A stretch of 64,000 nt of DNA from Epilithonimonas sp. Lineage in GTDB: Bacteria; Bacteroidota; Bacteroidia; Flavobacteriales; Weeksellaceae. Of this stretch, positions 8,222-17,900 are shown piece by piece (position 1 is the first letter of the stretch; every line of letters starts with the position of its first letter). Location: assembly GCF_032054105.1 (NCBI RefSeq), contig NZ_DAMBTK010000003.1; one strand, 5' to 3'. The notes below the pieces were generated by a model. That model was not told where the DNA came from, searched no databases, and saw nothing but the letters and a program-made list of their open reading frames with translations. The position numbers were made by a program, and so were the translations under genes.

Positions 8222-9463
8222 ATGAACCAATCTTTCAACCTACTTTTCTACGTCAAAAAAACGAAGATAAACTCCCAAGGTGAAGCTCCAATTTATTTAC
8301 GAATTACCATCGATGGACGCGTTACCGAAATAAGCGTTAAAAGAACCACAAAACCACATTTATGGAATTCGGCTGGTCAGAAGTTGAATGGAAATTCCGA
8401 AGCGATTAAATCGTTTAATTTCTACCTTAAAACTTTTGAACAGAGGGTATATGACGCCTACCACGAGTTGATGAAGGATAAAGACTTGATCACTTGTGAA
8501 TCGCTCAAAAATAAATTACTCGGAACGGATATCAAAAGCAGAATGCTCCTCCCAATTTTTCAAGATCATAACAATAGGATGGAAAAATTGGTGGGTAAAG
8601 AATTTGCCATCGGAACACTTGGTAGGTACAAAACCTGTATGAGCCACACCAAAGCATTTTTAAAATGGAAATTCAAAACCAATGATATTGATATAAAGAA
8701 AATTGATTACGCCTTTCTTAACGATTTTGAGTTTTATCTACAAACAGAAAAAGGTTGCAACAATAATTCGGCGGTGAAATATTTGAAAAATTTTGGAAAG
8801 ATTATTCGGATTTGTTTAGCGAATGGCTGGCTTGATAAAGATCCATATCTCAATTATCAATCTAAATTCAATGAAGTTACTCGTGTATTTTTAAATGAGG
8901 ATGAATTGGAACGACTTTCGACAAAGAATTTCAAAAATGAGCGTCTTTCTCAAGTTCGAGATATTTTCCTTTTTAGTTGCTTTACAGGTCTTGCCTATAT
9001 TGATACAAAGAAATTGACCCATAAAAATATCAATCTTGGGTTAGATGGCAATAAGTGGATTTTCACGAAACGACAAAAAACTAAAACCACCTCTAATATT
9101 CCATTACTTCCGCACGCGGAAGATATTATTCAAAAATACAAGGAACACAAAACCTGTCTCAATACCGGAAAACTCTTGCCGGTTCTAAGCAATCAAAAAA
9201 TGAATGCCTATTTAAAGGAAATTGCTGATTTGTGTGGAATTAACAAAGAATTAACCTACCACATCGCAAGACATACCTTTGCTACCACCGTTACTTTGTC
9301 AAACGGTGTATCTATTGAAAGTGTAAGTAAAATGCTTGGCCATAAAAGCATTAAGACGACACAGCATTATGCGAAAATATTGGATGCTAAAGTGAGTGAG
9401 GATATGCAGATGTTAAAAGAAAAATTGGATTTTGGAAAAAAATCTGCTAAGAAAGTGATATAA
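8222..9463 (+). CDS. Tyrosine site-specific integrase (Bacteroidota type with N-terminal arm-binding domain)
   Basis: N-terminus FYVKK...APIYLRITIDGRVTEISV. C-terminal catalytic region HIARHTFATT...LGHKSIKTTQHYAK. Confidence 0.9.
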   Translation: MNQSFNLLFYVKKTKINSQGEAPIYLRITIDGRVTEISVKRTTKPHLWNSAGQKLNGNSEAIKSFNFYLKTFEQRVYDAYHELMKDKDLITCESLKNKLLGTDIKSRMLLPIFQDHNNRMEKLVGKEFAIGTLGRYKTCMSHTKAFLKWKFKTNDIDIKKIDYAFLNDFEFYLQTEKGCNNNSAVKYLKNFGKIIRICLANGWLDKDPYLNYQSKFNEVTRVFLNEDELERLSTKNFKNERLSQVRDIFLFSCFTGLAYIDTKKLTHKNINLGLDGNKWIFTKRQKTKTTSNIPLLPHAEDIIQKYKEHKTCLNTGKLLPVLSNQKMNAYLKEIADLCGINKELTYHIARHTFATTVTLSNGVSIESVSKMLGHKSIKTTQHYAKILDAKVSEDMQMLKEKLDFGKKSAKKVI

Positions 9464-9680
9464 CGCACTTTCTAGTTCCTTTTTCAGTTTTAATCAGCAT
9501 AACAATCCCATTAATTTGCAATAGAGACATGAAAAATTTTGTCGTTATAAAATAACGCATTTATCTGCCAAGCTTTTAATTTTAATAAAAAATTAGATTT
9601 TTTGGGGCTAAAATTATTTAGATTTTATGGTAGATACCTCAAAATCCAACAACTCCTTCGGATGAACATCTTAGAAATTT

Positions 9681-9980
9681 TTAAACACTCTTAGATTTTT
9701 GCAAACTTCTTAAATTATCTATTTCTGAAATAATTTCCTTTAACTTTTGCTCAGTAAGCGGTAAAAAAAGTTGTGAGAAATCGATGCCTAAGTAATCAGA
9801 AATTTTAAAAAGAGTTTCAATTGTTGGATTGGTTTCACCTCTTTCGATTCTACCTATTTGATTTGAAGAAACACCTATTTCACTAGCAATGTGAAACTGT
9901 GACAAATTTTTTCTCATTCGGTGCACCAGAATTATTTTACCGATACAATCTTTTACATTTTCAAAATTTCTTTCCTTCAT
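9681..9980 (-). CDS. XRE-family helix-turn-helix transcriptional regulator
   Basis: 99 aa with LSQFHIASEIGVSSNQIGRIERGETNPTIETLFKISDYLGI. Confidence 0.8.
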   Translation of the reverse strand: MKERNFENVKDCIGKIILVHRMRKNLSQFHIASEIGVSSNQIGRIERGETNPTIETLFKISDYLGIDFSQLFLPLTEQKLKEIISEIDNLRSLQKSKSV

Positions 9981-10015
9981 TTAGTAAATTTTGAAAATAT
10001 TTATATTTTTATTCG

Positions 10016-10029
10016 ACACATATATGTGT
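10016..10029. promoter_or_regulatory. Perfect 14-bp palindrome ACACATATATGTGT, candidate operator
   Basis: Located 36 nt upstream of the XRE gene start, on the minus-strand side. Confidence 0.4.
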
Positions 10030-10125
10030 TATATTAAAATAAATACTATATTTGTATTTAAGATTGCATCAATAATGTAATTTTGCGACACTTCTAAAAA
10101 AATATTGAAGCTTCGCTTTGAATCT

Positions 10126-10255
10126 CGACTGGAAAACTGGTAATTTAAGGAACGAGAGGATAAGTAGAAGGCTCACGTCCCGGGCGTGGGCTCTCTTATC
10201 GTTCCAAGGTATACCAGTACCCCCAGTCGGTAAGTTGAGTTCCACGCCTTTTTTT
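10126..10255 (+). ncRNA. Candidate structured RNA or DNA hairpin element (~104-nt rod-like stem plus T-run); identity unknown
   Basis: Nested helices: CGACTGG(10126-32)/CCAGTCG(10223-29); ACTGGTA(10136-42)/TACCAGT(10212-18); GGAACG(10149-54)/CGTTCC(10200-05); GCTCACG(10171-77)/CGTGGGC(10185-91). An alternative pairing GGCGTGG(10183-89)/CCACGCC(10242-48) precedes a T7 run at 10249-55. The element is GC-rich within an AT-rich spacer. Strand is uncertain. Confidence 0.35.
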
Positions 10256-10571
10256 GTGCAGTACACTCAGCGTTCATCGAAAACTCTTTAATAAGTCTCG
10301 CTAAGATTAGACCTCTACAGCAGTGTGCACAACTGTTGCGGCCAAAGTGCTTCATTTAGTTTTTATTTTCATATCAATCGGCTTTGCATTTGAGAAAAGC
10401 CATCTGATGATTTTGGATAATGGAGTAAGTATCGTTTTTCTCATTGGCAAGGCTTTAAAACAAAAGCCTATGTAATAATTTTCCAAAACAAAAAGCCCTT
10501 CCTGCATATTATGGGGTAATCATGCAGAGAAGAGCATAGTCTTAATTTTCTAACTAAAACTTTACAAAACT

Positions 10572-11915
10572 ATGAAAATCTTCCTGAAGTATTTGGGATG
10601 GGGTTGCCTTGTCTTGATATTGAGTACATTAAGGACTCAAGTTACAGCACAGAATAAGAAGCCACTCTCAAAAAATCCAGAAATAAAATCATTGCTTCCA
10701 GGTGAAAAAATCCCTGAAAACCTCCGGTTTCATCCACTTAAATTGATCAACGGAACAAAAGAAACTATAAGTCTTTCAGATTTTAAAGAACGTCTGGTAA
10801 TTCTTGAGTTTTGGGCAAGTAATTGTTCAGCCTGTCTAAAAAATATTCCAAAAGTAGCTGAAATCAATAATCAGTTTAAAAACAGAGCGATCATATTGCC
10901 TATTTCAGAACAGCCAAAAAGTTTAATTGCAAAGTTTTTCCAGGGGGAATACGGCAGAAAATATACAGATCTAATTTCAGTAACAGACGATTCCAATCTT
11001 ACTAAGTATTTTCCACATTTTGGAGTTCCATACCTGATTTGGATTTATGACGGGAGAGTTGTGAGTGCAACTGATGCCGGTCAGCTTTCAGCGGAATCAG
11101 TTAGTGATATTTTGCAGGAAAAAAAATCTTCCCTCAAGAATATACAGCAGATGGATGCCTCTAAGCCTTTGTTTCTTAAAGAAAGCTATTTTGATAATGA
11201 TGCCACAACACTGCAAAACTATTTTATTCTTTCAAAAGGTGCCGTTAACGGAATTGGTTCTGGAAGTTCATTCAGAAAATCTCCTACAGGTGCAATTAAT
11301 GGGAGAATGTTCAGCAACCTTCCGCTCGGTGATATTCTCTTTGCGATAGGCCTGGAAATTTTTAAACAGAAAGGAGAAGTGGCACTTTTCAACGAGAAGA
11401 GGGCGGTAATCAATGTAGCGGATCAATCTAAAATTTTTCAGTTGACGGACGACTATATTGATAAAGATAACCTTTACAGTTTGGATCTGATTGTCCCAGA
11501 GAAAAAGGCAGATTCACTTTATTATTTTATGCTTGATAACCTTAACCGTTATACTGGGTTTAAATCAAAATTTAAAGTTGTTCCCACTAAATGTTTAGTA
11601 TTAAAAAGAACATCTGAAAAAGATAAGATAAGAACTAAGGGAGGGAAAAGAATTTCAACATTTCCGCGAACACCCTCTATAATCCAGAATGCACCACTTT
11701 CTGTCATGGTAAATATGTTGAACGGCAAAACACCAATTTCATTACCCATCATTGATGAAACAAATTATACTTCTAATGTGGATATGCAAATCTCATCAAT
11801 TACAACAGTTGAAAAACTGCAGAAAGAACTTTTGCAATATGATCTTGAATTAATAGAGGCTTCAAGAAATCTTCTGATGCTGATAGTTGAAGAAAATAAC
11901 CAAAAACAAAATTAA
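10572..11915 (+). CDS. Secreted TlpA/redoxin-like thiol-disulfide oxidoreductase domain fused to ~250 aa of unknown function
   Basis: Signal peptide, then a thioredoxin-fold motif EFWASNCSACLKNIP. The C-terminal half has no recognisable motif. Confidence 0.65.
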   Translation: MKIFLKYLGWGCLVLILSTLRTQVTAQNKKPLSKNPEIKSLLPGEKIPENLRFHPLKLINGTKETISLSDFKERLVILEFWASNCSACLKNIPKVAEINNQFKNRAIILPISEQPKSLIAKFFQGEYGRKYTDLISVTDDSNLTKYFPHFGVPYLIWIYDGRVVSATDAGQLSAESVSDILQEKKSSLKNIQQMDASKPLFLKESYFDNDATTLQNYFILSKGAVNGIGSGSSFRKSPTGAINGRMFSNLPLGDILFAIGLEIFKQKGEVALFNEKRAVINVADQSKIFQLTDDYIDKDNLYSLDLIVPEKKADSLYYFMLDNLNRYTGFKSKFKVVPTKCLVLKRTSEKDKIRTKGGKRISTFPRTPSIIQNAPLSVMVNMLNGKTPISLPIIDETNYTSNVDMQISSITTVEKLQKELLQYDLELIEASRNLLMLIVEENNQKQN

Positions 11916-11919
11916 CAAT

Positions 11920-14900
11920 ATGAAGAAATCTTTGTTTATTACGCTAATAATATTGGGATCATTACTTCATGCCCAAAAAATGCTTCGTGGAACTGTGATA
12001 GACGAATCCACTAATCTTCCCTTAACCGGAGTTAATGTATCATTTGAAGATTCTGACAAACTTGCGCTCACAGACCAATATGGAAAATTTGAACTTCCAA
12101 TAACACAGGAAGGCAAAAAAGTCAAATTTAGATTTAACGGCTATGAGACAGTTGAATTTTCTGTGGATCAGTTGAATAAATCTAATTTTATAATTAGGCT
12201 TAAGTACAAAATAAAGGAAATTGAAGGTGTTAATCTCCTTTCAACAGGATATCAGAAAATCCCTAAAGAAAGAGCTACCGGCTCATTTACTGAGGTTGAC
12301 AATCGGTTGTTCAAAAATCAGGTTTCCACAAATGTCCTAGACCGTTTGCCGGGAATAGCGGTTGGAATCATCGTGGATAAAGGGACATCCTTAACAAAAC
12401 CGCAGTTTATGATAAGGGGGCTAAGTACAATCAGAGGACCGAAATCACCTCTGATTGTAATTGATAATTTTCCTTACGATGGTGACCTCGGGAATATAAA
12501 TCCGAATATTGTTGAAAACATTACCATTCTCAAGGATGCCTCTGCAGCGAGTATTTGGGGAGCCAGAGCAGCAAACGGGGTTATTGTAATTACTACCAAG
12601 ACAGGCAAATTCAATCAGCCGACTTCTTTTAACTTCACAATGAATACCATCGTTACGGGGAAACCTGATTTAAGTTACATTAAGCAAATATCCAGTGCCG
12701 ATTTTATTGAGTTAGAACAGGAGTTGTTTAGCAGAGGGTTTTACAATACGGATATTAATTCTTCCAGCCATCCAGTTATATCGCCAGTAGTTGCATTGTT
12801 AGATAAGGAAAAAAAAGGTCTGGTAGATCATTCCGCGGTAATTGAGCAGCTTAACAAATGGAAACAGATTGATATGAGGGAGGAGTTTAAAAGATATATG
12901 TACAAAGCCTCTATCAACAAACAATATGCTTTTGATGTTTCTGGCGGAAGTAATCGATTTTCCTGGTCTTATAATCTCGGTTATGATGATAATGAAGGTA
13001 ATTTGGACGAACGGTATAAAAGGATAAATTCTAGGATTCAAAATACATGGCAGCCAAACGATGCCATCAAATTTAACTATTCGATACAATACAATGCTAC
13101 AGAAACAAAAAGTGGAAGAACGCCGTATGGAACAGTATCAATGAAAAATAACAACGCTGTTCCTTATATGCAGTTAGCCGACGAATTTGGTAATGGCTTA
13201 CCCGTATTTGCGGGATATAATCAGGATTATAAAATCGCGTTGGGCAACGGGAAATTATTAGATTGGAATTATTATCCTTTAACGGATTGGCAGCATAATA
13301 TTTCGTCCTCAAAAAACAATGAGATTATTATTGCTGCTGGTTTAAATTATAAAATTATGAAGGGACTGGATATGGATTTAAAATACCAATTTCAAAATAA
13401 TATTGGTGTTGCAGAAAATTTACAGGACGAAAAAAGCTACTACACTATTAATTACATTAATAGGTTTACACAACTCAATTCTAATGGAAGCTTAACTTAT
13501 GCTGTTCCGCGTGGGAGCATATATGGAAGATCCGATTCTCATTTGAAAGTAAATAATTTAAGAACACAGCTAAATTATGGTACCAATTGGAATAAAAGTC
13601 AGATTAATGGATTGGGCGGTATTGAAATTAGAGATATTAACAATGAATATATGAATAACAGATTTTACGGATATAATACAAACAATCATACTGCTGGTGT
13701 TGTTGACTTTACTAAACCGTACCCTGTTATCACCGGTGGAAATTCATTCATTGACAATTTAAATGCTATGGGGGAAACTACTAACAGGTTTGTTTCTGTA
13801 TTTGCGAACGCAGCATATATTTACGATAAAAGATTGATATTCTCAGCAAGCGCTAGAAGGGATGCCAGTAATTTATTCGGGCTTAAGACAAATAATCAAT
13901 GGAATCCGTTTTGGTCTGGCGGGTTAGCTTGGATCATTTCGAATGAGGGATTTTACAAATGGGATACGCTTCCTAAATTAAAGATCCGCAGTTCCTATGG
14001 TTATAATGGAAACGTTGATCCTGCAATGGTTGCGGTTTCTACAGTTTCTTACTCAGCAAATAATTCAATTTACACAGGAACAAAAATGGCTCAGTTTAGT
14101 AATTATTTTAATCCAAATCTTAAATGGGAAACAATAAAAACATTTAATCTGGGTCTTGAATTTTCGTCAAAAAATTCAAGAGTGAGCGGTTCAATCGACT
14201 ATTTTAATAAAAAGGGGAGTAATTTGTTTGGCCAGACACCAATGGATTATACGACCGGAATAACAAGTATGCTATGGAATGTTGCAGGGATGAAGTCAAA
14301 TGGTGCTGATATAGAATTAAGAACATTAAATATTAATAGTAAAATTCAGTGGAGCAGTCTTATTAATTTTAGCGTCGCAAAAGAAAAAGTTACAAAATAT
14401 TTTCTATCCAATACTGTTGGCCGGCAGTTTGTCGTTTCACCAGTCCCAATTTCAGGTGTGGAAGGGTTACCGGTATATTCCATATTTGCTTATAAATGGG
14501 CTGGATTAGACCCTGCTACTGGAGATCCGCAAGGTTATCTAAATGGAGAAATAAGTAAGGATTATGCAAAAATAACAGGGGTAGGTACGGATTTAAAAGA
14601 TTTACAGTATTTCGGTTCTGCTGTTCCTACACTATATGGTTCTTTTATTAATACAATATCATTCAAAAATTTTACTTTGGATTTGGGAGTTACTTATAAA
14701 CTTGGCTACTGGTTTAGGAGAAGCTCGATTAACTATACCAATCTGTATAGAGATTGGGCTGGGCATAGCGATTATGCATTAAGATGGCAGAAACCTGGGG
14801 ACGAACTTATTACAAACGTACCTTCAAATATATATAAAACTAATACAAACAGAGATGCATTTTACGCTGGATCAAGTATTTTAGTTGAAAAAGGGGATCA

Positions 14901-15114
14901 CGTAAGATTACAGTTTATCAATTTTAATTATTCATTATCTCAGGAAATGCTAAATAACCTTCCGCTTAAATCTTTGGATCTATATTGTAACATCTCAAAT
15001 ATTGGACTTCTATGGAAAGCAACTAAGCAAGATATTGATCCGGATTTTAGTCTTGGAAACAATACACTCAAAGCCCCATTAACTATTGCATTTGGATTGA
15101 AAACAAAATTTTAA
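11920..15114 (+). CDS. SusC/RagA-family TonB-linked outer-membrane protein
   Basis: Signal peptide, a carboxypeptidase-regulatory-like N-domain (LRGTVIDESTNLPLTGVNV), a plug (ITILKDASAASIWGARAANGVIVITTK) and a long beta-barrel ending in F. Start moved to the ATG at 11920. Confidence 0.9.
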   Translation: MKKSLFITLIILGSLLHAQKMLRGTVIDESTNLPLTGVNVSFEDSDKLALTDQYGKFELPITQEGKKVKFRFNGYETVEFSVDQLNKSNFIIRLKYKIKEIEGVNLLSTGYQKIPKERATGSFTEVDNRLFKNQVSTNVLDRLPGIAVGIIVDKGTSLTKPQFMIRGLSTIRGPKSPLIVIDNFPYDGDLGNINPNIVENITILKDASAASIWGARAANGVIVITTKTGKFNQPTSFNFTMNTIVTGKPDLSYIKQISSADFIELEQELFSRGFYNTDINSSSHPVISPVVALLDKEKKGLVDHSAVIEQLNKWKQIDMREEFKRYMYKASINKQYAFDVSGGSNRFSWSYNLGYDDNEGNLDERYKRINSRIQNTWQPNDAIKFNYSIQYNATETKSGRTPYGTVSMKNNNAVPYMQLADEFGNGLPVFAGYNQDYKIALGNGKLLDWNYYPLTDWQHNISSSKNNEIIIAAGLNYKIMKGLDMDLKYQFQNNIGVAENLQDEKSYYTINYINRFTQLNSNGSLTYAVPRGSIYGRSDSHLKVNNLRTQLNYGTNWNKSQINGLGGIEIRDINNEYMNNRFYGYNTNNHTAGVVDFTKPYPVITGGNSFIDNLNAMGETTNRFVSVFANAAYIYDKRLIFSASARRDASNLFGLKTNNQWNPFWSGGLAWIISNEGFYKWDTLPKLKIRSSYGYNGNVDPAMVAVSTVSYSANNSIYTGTKMAQFSNYFNPNLKWETIKTFNLGLEFSSKNSRVSGSIDYFNKKGSNLFGQTPMDYTTGITSMLWNVAGMKSNGADIELRTLNINSKIQWSSLINFSVAKEKVTKYFLSNTVGRQFVVSPVPISGVEGLPVYSIFAYKWAGLDPATGDPQGYLNGEISKDYAKITGVGTDLKDLQYFGSAVPTLYGSFINTISFKNFTLDLGVTYKLGYWFRRSSINYTNLYRDWAGHSDYALRWQKPGDELITNVPSNIYKTNTNRDAFYAGSSILVEKGDHVRLQFINFNYSLSQEMLNNLPLKSLDLYCNISNIGLLWKATKQDIDPDFSLGNNTLKAPLTIAFGLKTKF

Positions 15115-15120
15115 AAAATT

Positions 15121-16470
15121 ATGAATAGAATTTATAGATTAATAGTTTTAGTGATAATTTTAATTACTTTAACTAATTGCCGTGATTTTTTATCAGAAAA
15201 ATCTGATGTTAAATTGGCAATACCAGAAACAATTGAAGACAATCAGGCTTTGTTAGATCAGCATGGATTTATAAATATTGATTTTTCAAGTATTGCCGAA
15301 ACCAGCTCTGATGATATTTATCTCAATGATTCAGACTATAATTCGCTCCCTTATGATGAATATAAACGATTATATACATGGCAGCCAGATAATGTAACAC
15401 CGCCTGTATCAGTTGGCAATGCGTGGATGCATTGCTATCGCGCAATATATATTTGCAATTCTGTATTAAAAAATATTAATGATTACAATCTGACAGGAAT
15501 TGATGCTGATAATGTTAAAGGACAAGCGCTAGCATTAAGGGCAATACGTTATTTAGATGGTGTTCAAGCATGGTGCAAAGCCTACAATTCTGCTACTGCA
15601 GGAAACGATTTGGGATTACCATTAAAACTTGACCCCGACATGAATGCTCCGTCGACAAGGTCTTCGCTTCAAGATACTTATGCGCAAATAATTGCTGATT
15701 TAAAAAGTGCAATCGATTTACTGCCAGAGAAGCAGATATCTGTAACAAGAATGTCCAAAACAGCAGCACAAGGTATTTTGGCAAGAACCTACCTTTATAT
15801 GGGAGATTATGAAAATTCGCTGAAATATTCATTGGAATCTCTTAAGAGTAATAGCAAACTTTTGAACTATAATCAACTAAATCAACAAGCGGATTTTCCA
15901 ATAAATGACTTGAATGAAGAAATTTTGTTTTGGGGAGCCATGAAATATGATTATCATCTTATACCAGCCAAAATTCCTCTTTCGTTATTCAACCGTTACA
16001 GTGACAACGACTTAAGGAAAAATATTTTTTTCAGAACCAATGCATCTGGAGAAATTCTCTTTAAAGGCTATTATCTAAATTCTAATGGCCCTTTATGCGG
16101 TATAGCTGTTGATGAAATCTTTTTAATGGCAGCTGAATCTTATATAAGGAAAGGTAATATTGTCGAGGGTTTAGCAAAACTTAACGAATTATCAGAAAAA
16201 AGATGGAAAATTGGGACTTTCATTCCTTTTTCTGCTTCTACACAAGAAGATGCTTTGGAGATTGTTTTGACAGAACGGAGAAAGGAGCTGATATTAAGGG
16301 GTTTGAGGTGGGCAGACATAAAGCGTCTAAATTTGCAAGGAAAGAATATTGTTCTGAACAGAAATGTAAATGGTCAATCATACATTTTGCAACCAAATGA
16401 TTTAAAGTATGCAATAGCAATTCCCGAAGATATTATTAAATTAACTGGCATGCAACAGAATCCAAGATAA
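15121..16470 (+). CDS. SusD/RagB-family nutrient-binding lipoprotein
   Basis: Lipobox LTNC. It sits 6 nt downstream of susC, is about 450 aa, and carries the C-terminal ERRKELILRGLRWADIKR motif. Confidence 0.88.
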   Translation: MNRIYRLIVLVIILITLTNCRDFLSEKSDVKLAIPETIEDNQALLDQHGFINIDFSSIAETSSDDIYLNDSDYNSLPYDEYKRLYTWQPDNVTPPVSVGNAWMHCYRAIYICNSVLKNINDYNLTGIDADNVKGQALALRAIRYLDGVQAWCKAYNSATAGNDLGLPLKLDPDMNAPSTRSSLQDTYAQIIADLKSAIDLLPEKQISVTRMSKTAAQGILARTYLYMGDYENSLKYSLESLKSNSKLLNYNQLNQQADFPINDLNEEILFWGAMKYDYHLIPAKIPLSLFNRYSDNDLRKNIFFRTNASGEILFKGYYLNSNGPLCGIAVDEIFLMAAESYIRKGNIVEGLAKLNELSEKRWKIGTFIPFSASTQEDALEIVLTERRKELILRGLRWADIKRLNLQGKNIVLNRNVNGQSYILQPNDLKYAIAIPEDIIKLTGMQQNPR

Positions 16471-16494
16471 TCAGGGATACGTGGGCATCCCTGA
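16471..16494. terminator. Hairpin between convergent genes
   Basis: TCAGGGAT-acgtgggc-ATCCCTGA followed by ttt. Confidence 0.55.
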
Positions 16495-16506
16495 TTTAAA
16501 AATTGG

Positions 16507-16821
16507 CTAAGGTTTTCTTTCTCCAGGATTAATTGCTAAAACTTGTGAGTTGCTCATTCCACCAATGTATTCTTCTAGAGAAGTGCCTTCGGATACCAAA
16601 ATATGGCAAGGTCTTGCTCCATTGGACTGACAGGATGAGCTGCCGCTTGGACTCCAATTTGAAACATTTCCGAAAGCTCCTTCTGTCGTATCACTACTGT
16701 TGTAGTAATAAACAGTGTCAGTAACAACATTCTCAGATTTTTCAAAGGATTGGATTGAGAATAACAAAGCCAAAATAAATAACGTGAAAATTCCAATTTT
16801 TAATAGATGCGTATTTTTCAT
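16507..16821 (-). CDS. Small secreted protein of unknown function
   Basis: The internal ATG at 16821 gives MKNTHLLKIGIFTLFILALLFS, a signal peptide. The longer track ORF adds a non-signal N-terminus. Confidence 0.45.
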   Translation of the reverse strand: MKNTHLLKIGIFTLFILALLFSIQSFEKSENVVTDTVYYYNSSDTTEGAFGNVSNWSPSGSSSCQSNGARPCHILVSEGTSLEEYIGGMSNSQVLAINPGERKP

Positions 16822-17022
16822 TGTCCAGGTCTTTTTTTCTGTAAAAAAAGGTTGCCATAAAAAACTTTGGTTAGAGTTAATTTTCTTATTTAATTCTGAA
16901 TTAAATTGTAACACAAAATTCACTAACATTTGAATAATAAACATTTTGATTATTGAGAATATTATATTATTTATCTCAGAAAACATTATTAATGATGCTT
17001 GATGTATTATTAATTTTGATTA

Positions 17023-17748
17023 CTAAAACTTTTTGCAATATCTAGGTATTTTAGAGAGATTTAGAAAGTTGGTCTTGTGGAAAGCATTATACATGGCTAT
17101 GTAACTTGAAAAATTGTTCTTAAATGCAATTTCTTTTAAAGTGAGATTGGTAAACATAATGTCTCTGATGGCGTTTACCATTTTCATTTTCAAAACAAAG
17201 GCTTGATGCGAGGAGCCATAATAGTCTTTGGAATCCTTAAGAAATTGTCGATAGTTAATTTCGGATTCATTTTTAATTGAAAAATTTTCCTCATTTAATG
17301 CTTGAACTAAAATTTTATTCAAGTATTTAAATCTATGATTTTTAAAGTCTATATTTTGAGTTGTCAATATTACCGTGTGTAACAAATAAACTGGATTATC
17401 AATATGGTCGATTTTGAATCCAATTTGAAAAGTTAGTTTTTGTTTGCTTACATGGAGAGTTCGTACAACCTGTAGAAATCTTGTATAATCTTTTTGGAAG
17501 GATGATTTCAAGGAAAAAGGAATCTTTTCTTCATTAGAATAATAATTACTGCTTTGAAGATTGATTAAAAAATCAGGAAAAATCGTTTTGAAAAAATCAA
17601 TATAAAAAGAAAGCATTTCCCTGCTTTCCTCCATTATTTTTTTCAGCAGAAGAAGGCTGTAAACAGAATCTTCAAATGGAAGTTCTGAAAATAAATTAAA
17701 TGCCTCTTCAATTTTATCATCTGCAATTTTAAGAATACCTATATTCAT
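17023..17748 (-). CDS. Putative AraC-type HTH regulator
   Basis: C-terminus LTLKEIAFKNNFSSYIAMYNAFHKT resembles the second AraC HTH. The ATG at 17748 is preferred over the TTG at 17772. Confidence 0.5.
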   Translation of the reverse strand: MNIGILKIADDKIEEAFNLFSELPFEDSVYSLLLLKKIMEESREMLSFYIDFFKTIFPDFLINLQSSNYYSNEEKIPFSLKSSFQKDYTRFLQVVRTLHVSKQKLTFQIGFKIDHIDNPVYLLHTVILTTQNIDFKNHRFKYLNKILVQALNEENFSIKNESEINYRQFLKDSKDYYGSSHQAFVLKMKMVNAIRDIMFTNLTLKEIAFKNNFSSYIAMYNAFHKTNFLNLSKIPRYCKKF

Positions 17749-17837
17749 ACAGTCTAATTTTTTCCTTTGCAAAAAATGAAATTCATTTTTTCAGAAAAAT
17801 AAGACCTAAATGTTTATGACACAAAATATATAAGTCG

Positions 17838-17857
17838 TAATTTATAAATAATGACGT
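17838..17857. promoter_or_regulatory. Conserved upstream motif, copy C (TAATTTATAAATAATGACGT)
   Basis: 20/20 identical to 19726-19745. Confidence 0.45.
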
Positions 17858-17900
17858 AATTTTAATCTTTTAAGGAATATTTACTCTTAATTTTATGATA

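Noticed and set aside
10126-10229. Possibility that the rod-like hairpin is SRP (4.5S) RNA, tmRNA, RNase P RNA or a retron msr/msd.
   Set aside because: It has no SRP domain IV consensus (GGAA tetraloop or AGCA loop), no tRNA-like end and no RNase P conserved regions. No reverse transcriptase gene is nearby. A housekeeping RNA would also not be expected inside an ICE.
10069-10355. Minus-strand ORFs of 65 and 60 aa overlapping the GC-rich structured element.
   Set aside because: They have no plausible start context, signal or motif. The region folds into extensive helices, which explains the lack of stop codons better than coding does.
16507-16821. The small secreted protein considered as a third bacteriocin precursor, because it contains IGG followed by a short tail.
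   Set aside because: It has a classical Sec signal peptide rather than a double-glycine leader. It is transcribed convergently to susD and away from any exporter.
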